A stretch of DNA of 64,000 bases from Lophium mytilinum (lineage: Eukaryota). The DNA lies in contig MU004183.1 of NCBI GenBank assembly GCA_010093605.1, forward strand, positions 2,046,001 through 2,110,000, given 5' to 3'. Both the position numbers and the translations under genes were made by a program. The notes under the pieces were generated by a model. It had not been told where the DNA came from. It was given only the letters and a program-made list of their open reading frames with translations, and searched no databases. Shown here in pieces: positions 36,189-47,300 of the stretch (positions within the stretch are counted from its first letter, which is position 1; every line of letters begins with the position of its first letter).

Positions 36189-37487
36189 ATGGACTCAGCA
36201 AGCCATACAGCATGTGTCCTTTTCCTTGATCTTCCCCCATCTGCCCTTGGTGGAATCGATCTCCTATCCTTCACAACGACTCCTCGCTTCAAGGGGATCA
36301 AGAATTTGACACCGGGATGGCATTTCGCGTTCACGTCTAGCAGCGAGTCCATGTCAGTCCGACACGGAGCGTGGTTCTTTGTCAATGAAAATCAAGAGCC
36401 GGCTCAGATATTCATCAAGAAATGGGATCCGGCTACCGAAGACTTTGTAGCCGAGCAATCCGAGACGGAGGTTATGCGATGGCGGGCCAACCTAGGATCA
36501 ATATGGCGAGACGGGTTGACTCCCTACCGACAGAGCTCTGGATCGGAAGATTCGACGGAACAGAATGAGACACAACGGGAAGGTGACTGGAAGGATTTGA
36601 CGAGCCGAATTACTCCAGCCTTGCTATCCCGCATCACAGGATCAATGCCGGATCACTGGAGCCTCACTTCTGCCTCATCGGCCGCTCAAGATGTCGATGA
36701 TATCCCAGGGCTCGCTGAACTGGAGTCCAAGTTCCAGCCAGAGAAGGAACTACATCTGCTTCCGATCGATCTGAAGAAGACATGGCGAGAGGGTGCGACA
36801 GGGCGAGAACGAACAACTGCTGCACAGGACCGGTCATGGGCGCTGGAAAATCTTATCACAGAGCGATGCTCCGGAAGTACACCCGAAGAGCGCGAGCGAG
36901 AGATCGTCGGCGAGCTGCAGTTCGCCTTTCTCACTTTCCTGACTCTGAACAACAATTCCTGCCTCGAGCAGTGGAAGCGGCTACTGGAGCTTCTCTTTAC
37001 GAGTCGGCAAGCTATCAAAAATCGACCAGATCTGTTCAAGGACCTTCTCCAAGTGCTGAGGATACAGTTGAGCCATTGCCAGTATGCCGAGAGCGGACTT
37101 TTCGATATGACAGACCAGGGTGGTGGGTTCTTGAAAGGCCTGCTACGGAAGTTTCGAAAAGGATTAGAAGAACTGGACTGGACTGATAAAGACGAGATCT
37201 TGGAAGAGCTGGTCGAGTTAGAAGAGTTTTTGAAGGATGCGTTTGGGTGGGAGCTTGATGACTCGTTTGTCAAGCGAGGCATGTTGGAACTCGAGGATGG
37301 CGAGAAGGTCGAGATGGAAGTGAACGGCTTCGACGAAGACGACGAAAGCGGAGAGTACGCTCCAGTCGTTGTGGACTTGACGCCGGCCCAGATCAGAGCA
37401 CTGCAAGGTGGAGACTCAGAAGAGGAGATGCAGGATATAGAGAGCGAAGATGATACCAATCTAGAGGACATGGATGCACGATATTAG
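36189..37487 (+). CDS. AAR2: U5 snRNP assembly factor Aar2
   Basis: GIDLLSFTTTPRFKGIKNL..GWHF, AAQDRSWAL, GELQFAFL..L.LNN.SCLEQWKRLL, DESGEYAPVVV motifs. Confidence 0.92.
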   Translation: MDSASHTACVLFLDLPPSALGGIDLLSFTTTPRFKGIKNLTPGWHFAFTSSSESMSVRHGAWFFVNENQEPAQIFIKKWDPATEDFVAEQSETEVMRWRANLGSIWRDGLTPYRQSSGSEDSTEQNETQREGDWKDLTSRITPALLSRITGSMPDHWSLTSASSAAQDVDDIPGLAELESKFQPEKELHLLPIDLKKTWREGATGRERTTAAQDRSWALENLITERCSGSTPEEREREIVGELQFAFLTFLTLNNNSCLEQWKRLLELLFTSRQAIKNRPDLFKDLLQVLRIQLSHCQYAESGLFDMTDQGGGFLKGLLRKFRKGLEELDWTDKDEILEELVELEEFLKDAFGWELDDSFVKRGMLELEDGEKVEMEVNGFDEDDESGEYAPVVVDLTPAQIRALQGGDSEEEMQDIESEDDTNLEDMDARY

Positions 37488-37527
37488 AAGCTCCGCCTCT
37501 TCAGACCCTCCAGCTGTAAGATAGGAA

Positions 37528-38154
37528 TTAGGCGATAACTCCCTCCCTCGAGTCTCCCTCCTTGCTCCAATAGGTCCCCTTAACCAGCTCCACCCCCTTC
37601 CTAAGCACCTCCCTATCTCCCTCAAAACTCAGCTTCTCCACCGCCTCCTCAACACCCACTCTCACAACATCAAATTGCTCCTCCGGCCCATCCCATCTTC
37701 CTTCATCAAACGACTCCCCACTCGCCTGTCCCTCGCCCTCCACAATCTCCCCCAAAAACCACCAGATAATCTTCAAATGCCTGCTCCCTTGCTGCCCCTT
37801 CTTCCCCTGCCTCCCCACTTCCCGCATGCTCATCATGAACGGCTCCACACACTCCTCCTCCACCCTCACTCTATCCCCCGCGTTCGTCTCCTCGGCTTTT
37901 TCGTCCGCTGGCGGCGCCCGTGTCTCCATGGTCACGGGTAGCAGCGTGCACGTGAGTCCGGTTTCTTCGCGCACTTCGCGCAGAGCGGCAGCGGAGCGGG
38001 ACTCGGAGATATTGCGGCGGCCCTTGGCGAGGAGGTACTCATCTTTGCGCTTGTAGTAGACGAGGGCAATTGTACGAGTAGGAAGATGGAAAGGGAGGGC
38101 GCCGCAGGACTCGACGAAGTGGGGGCTTGGGAGGGAGAGAGGTCGGGTGAGCAT
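37528..38154 (-). CDS. NUDIX hydrolase
   Basis: Nudix box KGRRNISESRSAAALREVREETG. Confidence 0.88.
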   Translation of the reverse strand: MLTRPLSLPSPHFVESCGALPFHLPTRTIALVYYKRKDEYLLAKGRRNISESRSAAALREVREETGLTCTLLPVTMETRAPPADEKAEETNAGDRVRVEEECVEPFMMSMREVGRQGKKGQQGSRHLKIIWWFLGEIVEGEGQASGESFDEGRWDGPEEQFDVVRVGVEEAVEKLSFEGDREVLRKGVELVKGTYWSKEGDSREGVIA

Positions 38155-38544
38155 GGTTGGTGTAGTGATACCTTATCAGATTGGGTGTTGAGATTCGACT
38201 TCTAGCATTGGTGTTTTGCTTGTCGTGCTGGTGTGCTTCAATGTGTGTTCTTGGTTGTGGGTTTAGCTTGAGCATGATACGATATGACTGGAAAAAGGAC
38301 TAGTTTATGAATTTCGTTGTTGCCTGCCGGAGATCAGGCTTGATATGCAGGGCTCAACTAGGATCATGGGTCGGGAAAGGATCGTTGTAGCGGTTGCGTG
38401 ACACAGGCTGAAAGCTCTCATCTTTTACCCGTGCCCCTTTCACTTCCAAGTTCTCCAATCTCTCCAAGCATCAAAACGCCATTGAATCATCAATTTGAAC
38501 ACCAAACGCGAAGGAATCCGCTGCTTCGCACTTTAAGGCAACCC

Positions 38545-39838
38545 CTACTGAAGCCCATTATCCCTAGCATTCTTCCAAATCCTGAAGACGTGCCTCTGAT
38601 CATGCCTCGTCCCATTCCTTTCGCACTTCCCACACAAGTCATACGAAGGACAATTCAAGCACTCGAACTTTAGCCCCACGATTTCCTCTGAGCCACAGTT
38701 ATCGCAACGTGCATACTCATGCCGAAACCCTTGTGTGCCCGCCTGCTGCGGCGCCTGAGCCACGAACGCTTCGATCGTGGGCGTGTTGACTGCAGCAGCA
38801 CGATACATCGGGGCACTGGTCCACGTGAACCCCCTCCCACATCCACTCTGGACGTTTCCGCCGTGAGCATCCTGGCCACACGTCATGGCGTCGCAGCCGG
38901 TAATCTTCTCCACGACGCGGCCGCAGTGCGGGCACATACGAGCTGAACGAGCTTTGTACTGTTCGTCCTGCTGCAGCGTCTCGAAAGCTCGTAATGCCGT
39001 AGCGCGATCTTCTTCGTGCTTCTTCTGCGCGGCGACGAACTCCTTCGTCTGCTTCTCGTACTGCTGCTTCTGCCGTCGTTCCTGTTGCGCGACAGTCGAC
39101 TGGTAATCGTTCCTCCCTTTGCGTAACCATGCCGTCCAGATATTGCGGTACTGCTTGAGCTCCTGACAAGTGCAACGGTAGTGGTAGTCTTCGTTACAGA
39201 GCGAGCAGAACGTGTATTGACACTTTGGGCATTCGACGCGCTCCTGCTCGCCTGCTGAGTGCGCCGCCATGACATGCTTGCATTTGCATACGAGGAACGG
39301 GCCCTGGGAAACGAGGCGATTGAGCAGCATAGTGCTATATTTGTCGAGCTGCTCGGGGAGAAGCTGCTTCATTTCCTGCTCGCTGAGTTCGTGCTTGCAT
39401 CGTTCGCCAGGGCATTTTGGGACTTTGCTGCCTGCTATGTCACCTCGCACAACCTCCCGGGAGCAGTCGCGGCAGAAGGTGTGGCTGGTGAGGCAATCGA
39501 AAACGTAACTAGACTGTCTTAGCTGCTATCTAGAGCTAATAGCTACTATCATCTTTAGCAGGCGCGGAGGCTTACGAGTCGGTTCGTGGTTTGTCGTCCA
39601 TGCAGATACCACACGTAAACGGTGGGCCTTCGATTTCATAGTCGAAGCCATTTTGGAAGGGAGTGAGATCTTCCGGAGTGAACTCGCTCTGGTAGGTAGT
39701 AAACTCGTTGCGGCTAGGGTTTGTCGTGTTCCGGTAAGAGGAATTGTAAGCAGGTGGTAGCTCGTCCGGAAAGTCGTTTGGCTGATAGGCTGACGAGGCT
39801 GACATGCCGGATGAGTATGTGTACGGAAATCGACTCAT
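38545..39838 (-). CDS. RBR (RING1-IBR-RING2) E3 ubiquitin ligase with C-terminal ZZ zinc finger
   Basis: CGICMD / intron 39575-39509 / C..SHTFCRDC...CPGERC; IBR ECPKCQYTFCSLCNEDYH..C; RING2-like CPHCGRVVEKITGCDAMTC; ZZ CDNC...FECLNCPSYDLCGKC. Confidence 0.88.
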
Positions 39839-40605
39839 CCTTGAGAACAGAAGTGCATGCAGTACTTCTTGAGTGAGATACTGCGGTTCTAGAACCCTAC
39901 CAGTTGCTTCTTCTCACAAAGAGAGGATGGAAGAAGTGTGAAGAAAGGCTGAGGCTGAAGTCCATAACAATAGCGCTAGCTAGCCTTGTGCAGATATAGT
40001 TGTTTTAGCCGATTCGTGGTTTGCTGTCTTGTGGCTGCCTTGCAACTTCAACAAATCAGGCCCCTTACGGTATGGCACCATTCGAGACTATTGAACGTTC
40101 AAAAGAGATACAGTATACCTAGCTAGGGCTCTGGGTTCACTTGTTTACCACCGTTCGAGGTGCCTCGGTGCATTGTAAAATGTCTGATGAGATGTAAAGG
40201 CGTTGAGAGCAGAAATCAGAGGTTCTATGCGCTTGCCGTTGACCCACTTGGCCGTTGTTTGGGGTGCTTCAACACATCAACATAATTCTGGAAGAGTGGA
40301 AAACGGCATGTCCAGATCTGAGTCCTTATACCGTATCTTCCACCACATTTGAGTCTCGGAATACAGCAGTCGTGGTCTCAAGATGGCGGGGTCTGGTGCT
40401 GCTAGAACGAAACAAGCCTAGTCGTTTCCCAACGGGGAGCATGTACCACTCTTATTAATCTTTACTTTCTGGCGGACAACAAATTCCTTGTCAAATCTTA
40501 TGCCACCCAAAATACTGCCTACGACTATTCTGAACACAATGAGATACCTCTTCATATAAGAAACTGCGGCCATTCTGACAAGCTATTCCACAGCGTTCAC
40601 TAGTC

Positions 40606-41640
40606 ATGTCTCAACCTCATCGTAAGTCGGCTTGTTGCTTAGCGATACGTCGTACTGATAATACCCTCACAGCCTATCGTAGCCTCGAAGTGCCCAGCGA
40701 AGCACCCTTCGCGTTAGGCCCCTCACAAGGGAAAGGATGGGGTGCTTTCGCCACAAGGCGAATCGAGCGAGGAGCCCTGATCTTGAGAGAGAAGCCCCTC
40801 TTTGTCATCCGGAAACCTCATGAAGAGATCACGGAACAGGACATCTGGACAGCGTTTGAACAGTTGCTGCCCGGAGAAAAAGAACAGTTTTTGTACCTCC
40901 GCGACAATGACTCCAGGCCTTTTGTACGCATTACCGATGCCTTCGCTGAAAACTCCTTCTCAACGTCTGCGCACCCTCCAATGCGTGGCATGTTCCTGCT
41001 CCAGTCGCGTTTCGACCACTCGTGCGTCCCCAACTCCAAGATTCCGGAGACTGGTGGAGAGCCTATTGCAAGATTCGCAACTCGAACCATTGAGGCAGGC
41101 GAGGAGATTACTTTCTGTTACGCCACGGCTTTCATGTGCAAGACTAGAAACGAGCGCCTTGAGGAATTGCGCTTTGTATGCCATTGTAAAGCCTGTCTAC
41201 CTGGCACCCCCTTCCAACAACTCAGCGACTTGCGGCGAAATCTCATTAGGGGGCTGCAATACCTTACGCTTGGCCACGACTTCAATGGAGTGATACAGAC
41301 TTCTGCCTCCCCAATCATCTTCGACTCCAGATTGAAGCAAGCAGCTGAGAGCTTCAGCATTCCCATCTCTTCTAGGTTGATTTATAACCTCCTCTTCATG
41401 GTTCTCATGGAAGACGAGGGTTTGCTAGACGACTTTATCATCAAAAGGACGGCTCCAAGCGTAGTGATGACGACGACTAAGTTTCAAACAGAAAGCAACG
41501 TCAAAATTGCCAGGCTCGCCATGGCACAAGACACCTGGCTTGGGAAATTTTGTGTGGCTTTCAGACTCCACGGGCGGCGAGACGTGGCTGATGATGCCAT
41601 TGCTGAGCAGCTACGAATGCTACACGGGTTTTCTGTATAA
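40606..41640 (+). CDS. SET-domain protein (fungal SMYD/Set5-like, with post-SET)
   Basis: GKGWGAFATRRI, SRFDHSCVPN, GEEITFCY, post-SET FVCHCKAC; probable 51-nt in-frame intron 40622-40672. Confidence 0.85.
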   Translation: MSQPHRKSACCLAIRRTDNTLTAYRSLEVPSEAPFALGPSQGKGWGAFATRRIERGALILREKPLFVIRKPHEEITEQDIWTAFEQLLPGEKEQFLYLRDNDSRPFVRITDAFAENSFSTSAHPPMRGMFLLQSRFDHSCVPNSKIPETGGEPIARFATRTIEAGEEITFCYATAFMCKTRNERLEELRFVCHCKACLPGTPFQQLSDLRRNLIRGLQYLTLGHDFNGVIQTSASPIIFDSRLKQAAESFSIPISSRLIYNLLFMVLMEDEGLLDDFIIKRTAPSVVMTTTKFQTESNVKIARLAMAQDTWLGKFCVAFRLHGRRDVADDAIAEQLRMLHGFSV

Positions 41641-42365
41641 TCATAGCCTGCAGAGCATCCTAAGGTTCAACAACATCAAGAATTTCAGACTGGAACGTTT
41701 TGTTTATTTTTGAAGTCTTGTCACCTCGGAGCTCGCGATTAGCTGCCTAAGGCTCTCATCGGCATCGCAGCTCCGATTCTGCGGAGCTCCGCTCCTCTTC
41801 TCCGCTTCACCGACCACGCTCCAGTCACGCACGACAAAGCCGAAATACGCGTTCTCCTGGCAAAGACTCATAGAATGGTCCCAGAAAGGGCATGCTCGCG
41901 AGGGAGCAGCGATGCTGAGTTACTTTTCTAAATGTACGGATTACCAAACTGGAGAACGTTACTTGTCTTGCCATCCTTTGCAATCTCTATTATGTACTAC
42001 GATTTCGAGACCGACATGATATGTCGTGTTTGCGCGCGTCCTAGAACGATAACTCCATGAACGGCCTTGAATTTTCCTTTTAGTCTCGCTCTAATTAGGT
42101 AGCATTGCCTAATCTTCAAGACCGTGTATCCCCGCAATTCAGCGCTCATATCTCCGCAAATTCGCGTCGACAATCCTTTTTATATATGTATTCCCTACGC
42201 GCAATTATTATCTTGCTTCTACCTTCTTCAAGACACATTCTTAGCACCTGTCAATAATACTCATCATCACTACTTTATCCCGCCCAGTCCATCTGACACT
42301 ACCAACCCGCCCAAGCACGACCTTGGCTATAACTTACAAGCACCTTGTAATCACCTTCCACCGCA

Positions 42366-43688
42366 ATGTCTCTCCCAAACCTGAAACCCTCCACTTCCCT
42401 CGCAAATCCTCTCCGAATTCTCATCGTAGGCGCTGGTGTCTGTGGGCCCGCTCTCGCATACTTCCTCCAGAGCTCCGACCCTAGACACAGCATCACGATC
42501 ATAGAACGCTCCTCCGCGCTCCGCATGGCCGGCCAGCAGATCGATATAAAAGCTCAAGGCCTTCCAGTCTTGAAGAAGATGGGTCTGATGGATACGATAA
42601 AGAAACATCTCGTCGCCGAAACCGGTCTCGATATGGTAGACACCACCGGGAAAACAGTCGCACACTTCGGCATCGTCGACGCCGCGAAGGGCACCGTTGG
42701 TTTGACCAGCGAGTATGAGATCATGCGGGGCGATCTAGTGCAGGTGCTTTACGAGGCCAGCCTTGCCCAAAGAGCGAAAGCGAAAGAGTTGGGGAAGGAG
42801 GGGGGCTTGACGTATGAATTCGGGAAGACTGTCACGGATTTCAAACAAGACAACGATGGCGTGGACATTATTTTCTCGGATGGACTGAAGAAGCGATACG
42901 ACCTCGTCGTTGCCGCCGATGGCCAGATGTCGCGGACAAGACGCCACGCTTTCGGCCAGGTGGCTAGCGATGAAGCGATGAGATCTCTCGGTGTCCACGC
43001 GGCATACTACAGTCTTCCTCGCGTCGACGGCGAAGGCGGCCTCGCGAAATGCTACAACGCTCCAGGACGCAAGTGTATCGTGACACGAACGGGCGACCGG
43101 CCAATGACGCAAGTGTACCTCTTCAACATGAACGCTGCGGATACAGAAAGACTGAAGAAGATGGAAAAGGAGCCAGTAGAGAAGCAAAAGGAGGTTTGGG
43201 CCGAAGCGTTCAAAGATGTCGGATGGCAGGCTGACCGGTTTCTGAGCGGATTGAATACCTGCGATGACTTCTACGCGCACGAACTAGCGCAGGTGAAGAT
43301 GAAGCCGGTGTACAAGGGCCGTGTTGCGCTATTGGGAGATGCTGGGTACTGTCCGACTCCCTTCACGGGCCTGGGGACTACGCTCTCGATCACTGGCGCG
43401 TATTTGCTGGCTGGGGAACTCGCGAGGCATGGGAACGATGTGCCTAGGGCGTTGGAGGCATACGATAAAGTCGCGCGACCTCTTATTGACGAATGTCAGC
43501 ATTTGCCTTCTGCGTTGGTGGGGGCGTTCTTGCCATCCTCGCGACTGGGCGTCTGGATGTTCCGTAATACCATGTGGGCGTTTTCTACCTTCAAGATCAA
43601 TGAGATGATGCATAGGGTGTTCCCTGAGGATACAGGAAAGGCTGGATGGAAGGTTCCAGACTATCCTGAGCTAAACTTGTTGTCATGA
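42366..43688 (+). CDS. FAD-dependent monooxygenase (FAD_binding_3, aromatic hydroxylase type)
   Basis: ILIVGAGVCG Rossmann fold, DLVVAADG and GRVALLGDAGYC motifs. Confidence 0.92.
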   Translation: MSLPNLKPSTSLANPLRILIVGAGVCGPALAYFLQSSDPRHSITIIERSSALRMAGQQIDIKAQGLPVLKKMGLMDTIKKHLVAETGLDMVDTTGKTVAHFGIVDAAKGTVGLTSEYEIMRGDLVQVLYEASLAQRAKAKELGKEGGLTYEFGKTVTDFKQDNDGVDIIFSDGLKKRYDLVVAADGQMSRTRRHAFGQVASDEAMRSLGVHAAYYSLPRVDGEGGLAKCYNAPGRKCIVTRTGDRPMTQVYLFNMNAADTERLKKMEKEPVEKQKEVWAEAFKDVGWQADRFLSGLNTCDDFYAHELAQVKMKPVYKGRVALLGDAGYCPTPFTGLGTTLSITGAYLLAGELARHGNDVPRALEAYDKVARPLIDECQHLPSALVGAFLPSSRLGVWMFRNTMWAFSTFKINEMMHRVFPEDTGKAGWKVPDYPELNLLS

Positions 43689-43949
43689 TACGGAATTCGA
43701 CTACGAGGTTCACTTCTTGAAGATGTGTGGTAAAGAGTACGTCCGGGGGAAGATCGGGGGGGTCATCTGTATATCGTAACACTACGTTAGCGAAATGAAT
43801 CTCAACTTACTAGTTATCGCAGGCCTGAATTGCAGGGTCAGGAACTTTACATCGGTGGGTCCTTCCGTTAAATACCTTTGAGTTGGCCTGAGGGTATATT
43901 CACGTTGTCAAAATACAGCCTAATACATACTAATTTAGAGCAGATAAAA

Positions 43950-44270
43950 CCCGCCCTCAATGTTATGGCTCTAGCTACTATTAACCTAAATAGCAATATT
44001 ATAAACTTTACATTGGTAAGACTATTAAGCTAATAGCGTCTAGGGTATCTTGAAGCTACATTTGTATTATTAAAGTGCAGAGTAAGTAAACTTAATTGAT
44101 CTCTAATTTATAAATCCAGCTACTGTTGACCTAATTAGCGGTGTCATAAACTCCACATCGGTAAAACTGTCAAGCTAATAACATCTAGAGTGTTTCGAGG
44201 CCATATATATGCTGTTAAAGTGCAAAGTAAGTATGCTTGATTTAAAGTGGAATGAAGCTCGACCTCTAAT
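43950..44270 (+). repeat. About 145-bp tandem duplication with RIP-like divergence
   Basis: ctagctactattaacctaaatagc... (43971) vs ccagctactgttgacctaattagc... (44116), continuing to aaagtgca.agtaagta; differences mostly C/T and G/A. Confidence 0.75.
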
Positions 44271-44636
44271 TCTACTAGTTCACCAACGACCTCGTTCAGA
44301 ATCTAACCCTTATTAATCTTACTATGCGGATTGATGGCTTGCTCTACCTCTTATACGCCAATTAACATTAGAGTCCAGAAGCGAACCACTCGGCCCCCAA
44401 GCTACTTGGGTCAGCCATCTTAGATAATCGAGAGCGCGACTGACGCTTCTTATATCTTAAGAGAAATTATCATAACCGAACATTCCTGCTGCCTCTCTCC
44501 TTCACGACTATCACTACAATCTCACGAACCTCAGCCTTACAGAAACCAGGCTTAGCTGTCACACACTCCCCCTAGCACTGGCTGGCGCGGTCCCAACTCA
44601 AGCTCCAAATATCCACATCAGACTCTCTGTACATGA

Positions 44637-45460
44637 TCACTTCGGGGATGTCGGCAACTCAGCCACGGGAATGCTGTCCAGCTCCGGCGTCGCATGAGGA
44701 GCGGTATGCCCGTACTTCTGCTGTATCTCGTTCCCACCAGCCTCATGCAGCAGATTCACTCCGTTGACTCCACTATATAACGTGCTACCATCTAGTTCTA
44801 CACTAGATCTCGACTGTTTCCGCTTTCTGCGAAGCGAGAACCAGATAACGGCTACTAGAAGCGCGAGCCCGACCACTCCGCCAACCACGCCTCCAGCTAT
44901 GGCGCCCGTGTTCGATTTCTCAGAGGTATTTGCTGTAGGCGTTGAAGTATGTATTGGGACCTGGCTTGACTGGCTCAACTGGCTTGACGTGGAAATCGAA
45001 ATGGTGGTAGATGATGTAGCGCTGGCGGAGGAAGAAGAAGACACTACACGCACATCTATCGTGAGCTCTCCGCCTTCCAAATAGGAAACCAGGCTCTCAG
45101 CTTACCTTGCCCCGTCGACACTATCCGCAGCTCTAGTTCCCCAGACGTCGTATTGTATCCCGGTTGCCCACAGCCATTGCTATCCGTCGTCGTATTCGCA
45201 TACCCCACTTCGTCTTTCTGGCAGCAGAAGAAGCCGCCATTATCGTACATGTCCCAACTGTCATTCGCGCAGTGGGCGTCAGCTAGCAGCGTCGCAGTGC
45301 AGTTCTGCCCCGAGGGACAGCAGGCAAGGTTATATTGATGCGGACACACATAACCGGATGGACAGCAACCACGAAACGGCGAGACTGTAGTGCCGCAGTT
45401 TATGTTCCCAGTGGGACAGGATCCATTGTGTCGCAGGGCGAAGCCTGTGTGTATGGACAT
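44637..45460 (-). CDS. Single-pass membrane protein: Cys-rich N-terminal domain, Ser/Thr linker, GAIAGGVVGG transmembrane helix, cytoplasmic tail
   Basis: Exon with CGTT...CCPSG..C......CCPSG.NC; intron 45105-45056; exon 2 with S/T tract, TM helix, basic stop-transfer RRKRK and ELD/ELP repeats. Confidence 0.85.
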
Positions 45461-46296
45461 GCCGCATGTGGTATGTATGCAGAATTGAAATGGCTACAAA
45501 GGAACGAATGAGGTGTGGGCGTATGCAACAGTGTGATTAAGGTTTATGCACTATGACTTCGAAGGGCGCTCTATTGCCGGAAATGGTACTCGGTTCCAAA
45601 GAAACATATGTGTACGGGGAGAATAAGATGTCACGTGATGAAAAGAAAGACGACAAGTGACAAGTGTTCAGGCAGCAACCGTTGATCTCTCGTGATGACA
45701 CAATGGGAGCAAGGCTTACTATATATACGGTCGTTGCCCAGCCAAAAGATGCTGCGGCATCTTGGCTGTGCCGATCGCTGGGGCGCAAGAATTGCCTAAT
45801 GTGTAACCCTGGACCGCGATACAAGCCTTGGATTGGCTGGGCGCATACTTATTCTTCTCATAGCCCATGGTACCCTTCGTAATATAGCCCCCAAGAAATG
45901 CTGTGGAACGTAGGAAACTGTGTTACGAGGAGTCGTTCTTGACCGGCGAGCGCGGTGATACTCTCCGCCTACCATTAGAGAAGGCGGGAGCCTTGCTGCA
46001 AGGCTGGGCGGAAAGTTGAAATGGGGTATTCTTGGCATCATACTTGGCGGGATATTCAAACCACTTATCCGCGCGCATTGGTTAGGCGTTTCGTTGTTAA
46101 ATAAATGGCGTAGCCGAAAGTGAGCTTACTACATCTCCGATTTCTAGGGGAACAACCCGGGAACCGCATCCTTCTCGGCATATGGAAATGTGGAGATACC
46201 GCTTCATACAAGACGAAAACTGATAATTCGTGCGGGCGTCGCTTACGTTTCCTCTTCATTTCGCGTAAGAGAGGGCCCTCAAGCACTTTCACGCGA

Positions 46297-47300
46297 TCAA
46301 TCGGTTACCGGTAGCCGCTCGATGGTGCCCGGCTCTTTGTGAAAACAGGACCTGACCGCGACCATGTACATCTGGTCACTATCCGGAGCAGGAACATTTC
46401 GAATTTCCACAGCACAAGGACAACGGAAACCGCTGGCCTCCATTACGCAGCACTGAAAGCATATTGTCGAGGTAATGCCAGAGCGTACTTCAAGCAGGTC
46501 CCAGGCGAGCTCAAGAACGGTTTCATTGTTGAGACGAGTGTGTGAACACAACGATACGTCTAAGTCTTGTAGTGCCATCTTGATTTTGGCTTGGGTGGCT
46601 TTCTGCCCAATGACTAGTGGGTATACCGAGACGATGCGATAGGTTCTGGTATCCCGGGGCCATTCGCTAACGATCATTGGGATTCCGAATGGTATTGGAA
46701 CTGCGTACGAGCGATGACTGGGATCTTGGCACGTGGCCCTGGTCCAGTAGTCTTCCGTATGTGTGGTGGTCGTATGTGTGAAAACTGTGTTTGTGGTGGC
46801 CACAGGTATGGTCGTGAGTGTGGTCATATGTGTGGTAGGCATACTGATGATTTCATCGTGGGTGAAGCTACGGTGGTCACAGAGTTTGACTTTATTACAG
46901 CGGCGCGCGATTGCTCGATTGCATCTCTGCTCCGGCGTGAAGTAATAGCTTGGATGGCGGGTCCTACACACGCTGCACCAGATGCGGGATTGTAGCTGCT
47001 GCGCTCGCCAGGGTAGTTGATAACTTCGGCGAAGAAAGCCTGTCTCTAGGGCTAGTATTTCTGGATCGAATTCGTTGAGAGGAAAGATCCCAGACCCGAG
47101 TCGCAGTAGGCCTCGGATCGTCTTGCATGTTTGGCGGAATGCGATTGTAGAGATTGTAGTAAGGTGATCTCCAAGCTCTAGCAGGAGCAGTACAGGTAGT
47201 TGAAGAATGAGACTCCTGTGAGAGTTATGCACGCCTGCCTGCCTACGTGCTTCGGGACTCCTTTCGCCAGGTATTAGGGTGATTAGCTTCTCAAAAGCCC
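46297..47300 (-). CDS. Hypothetical F-box-like, Cys-rich protein (upstream exon unresolved)
   Basis: LILQLPVLLLLELGDHL......FRQTCKTIR F-box-like start, WCSVCRTRHP; acceptor GCTAAC...CAG near 47300. Confidence 0.55.
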
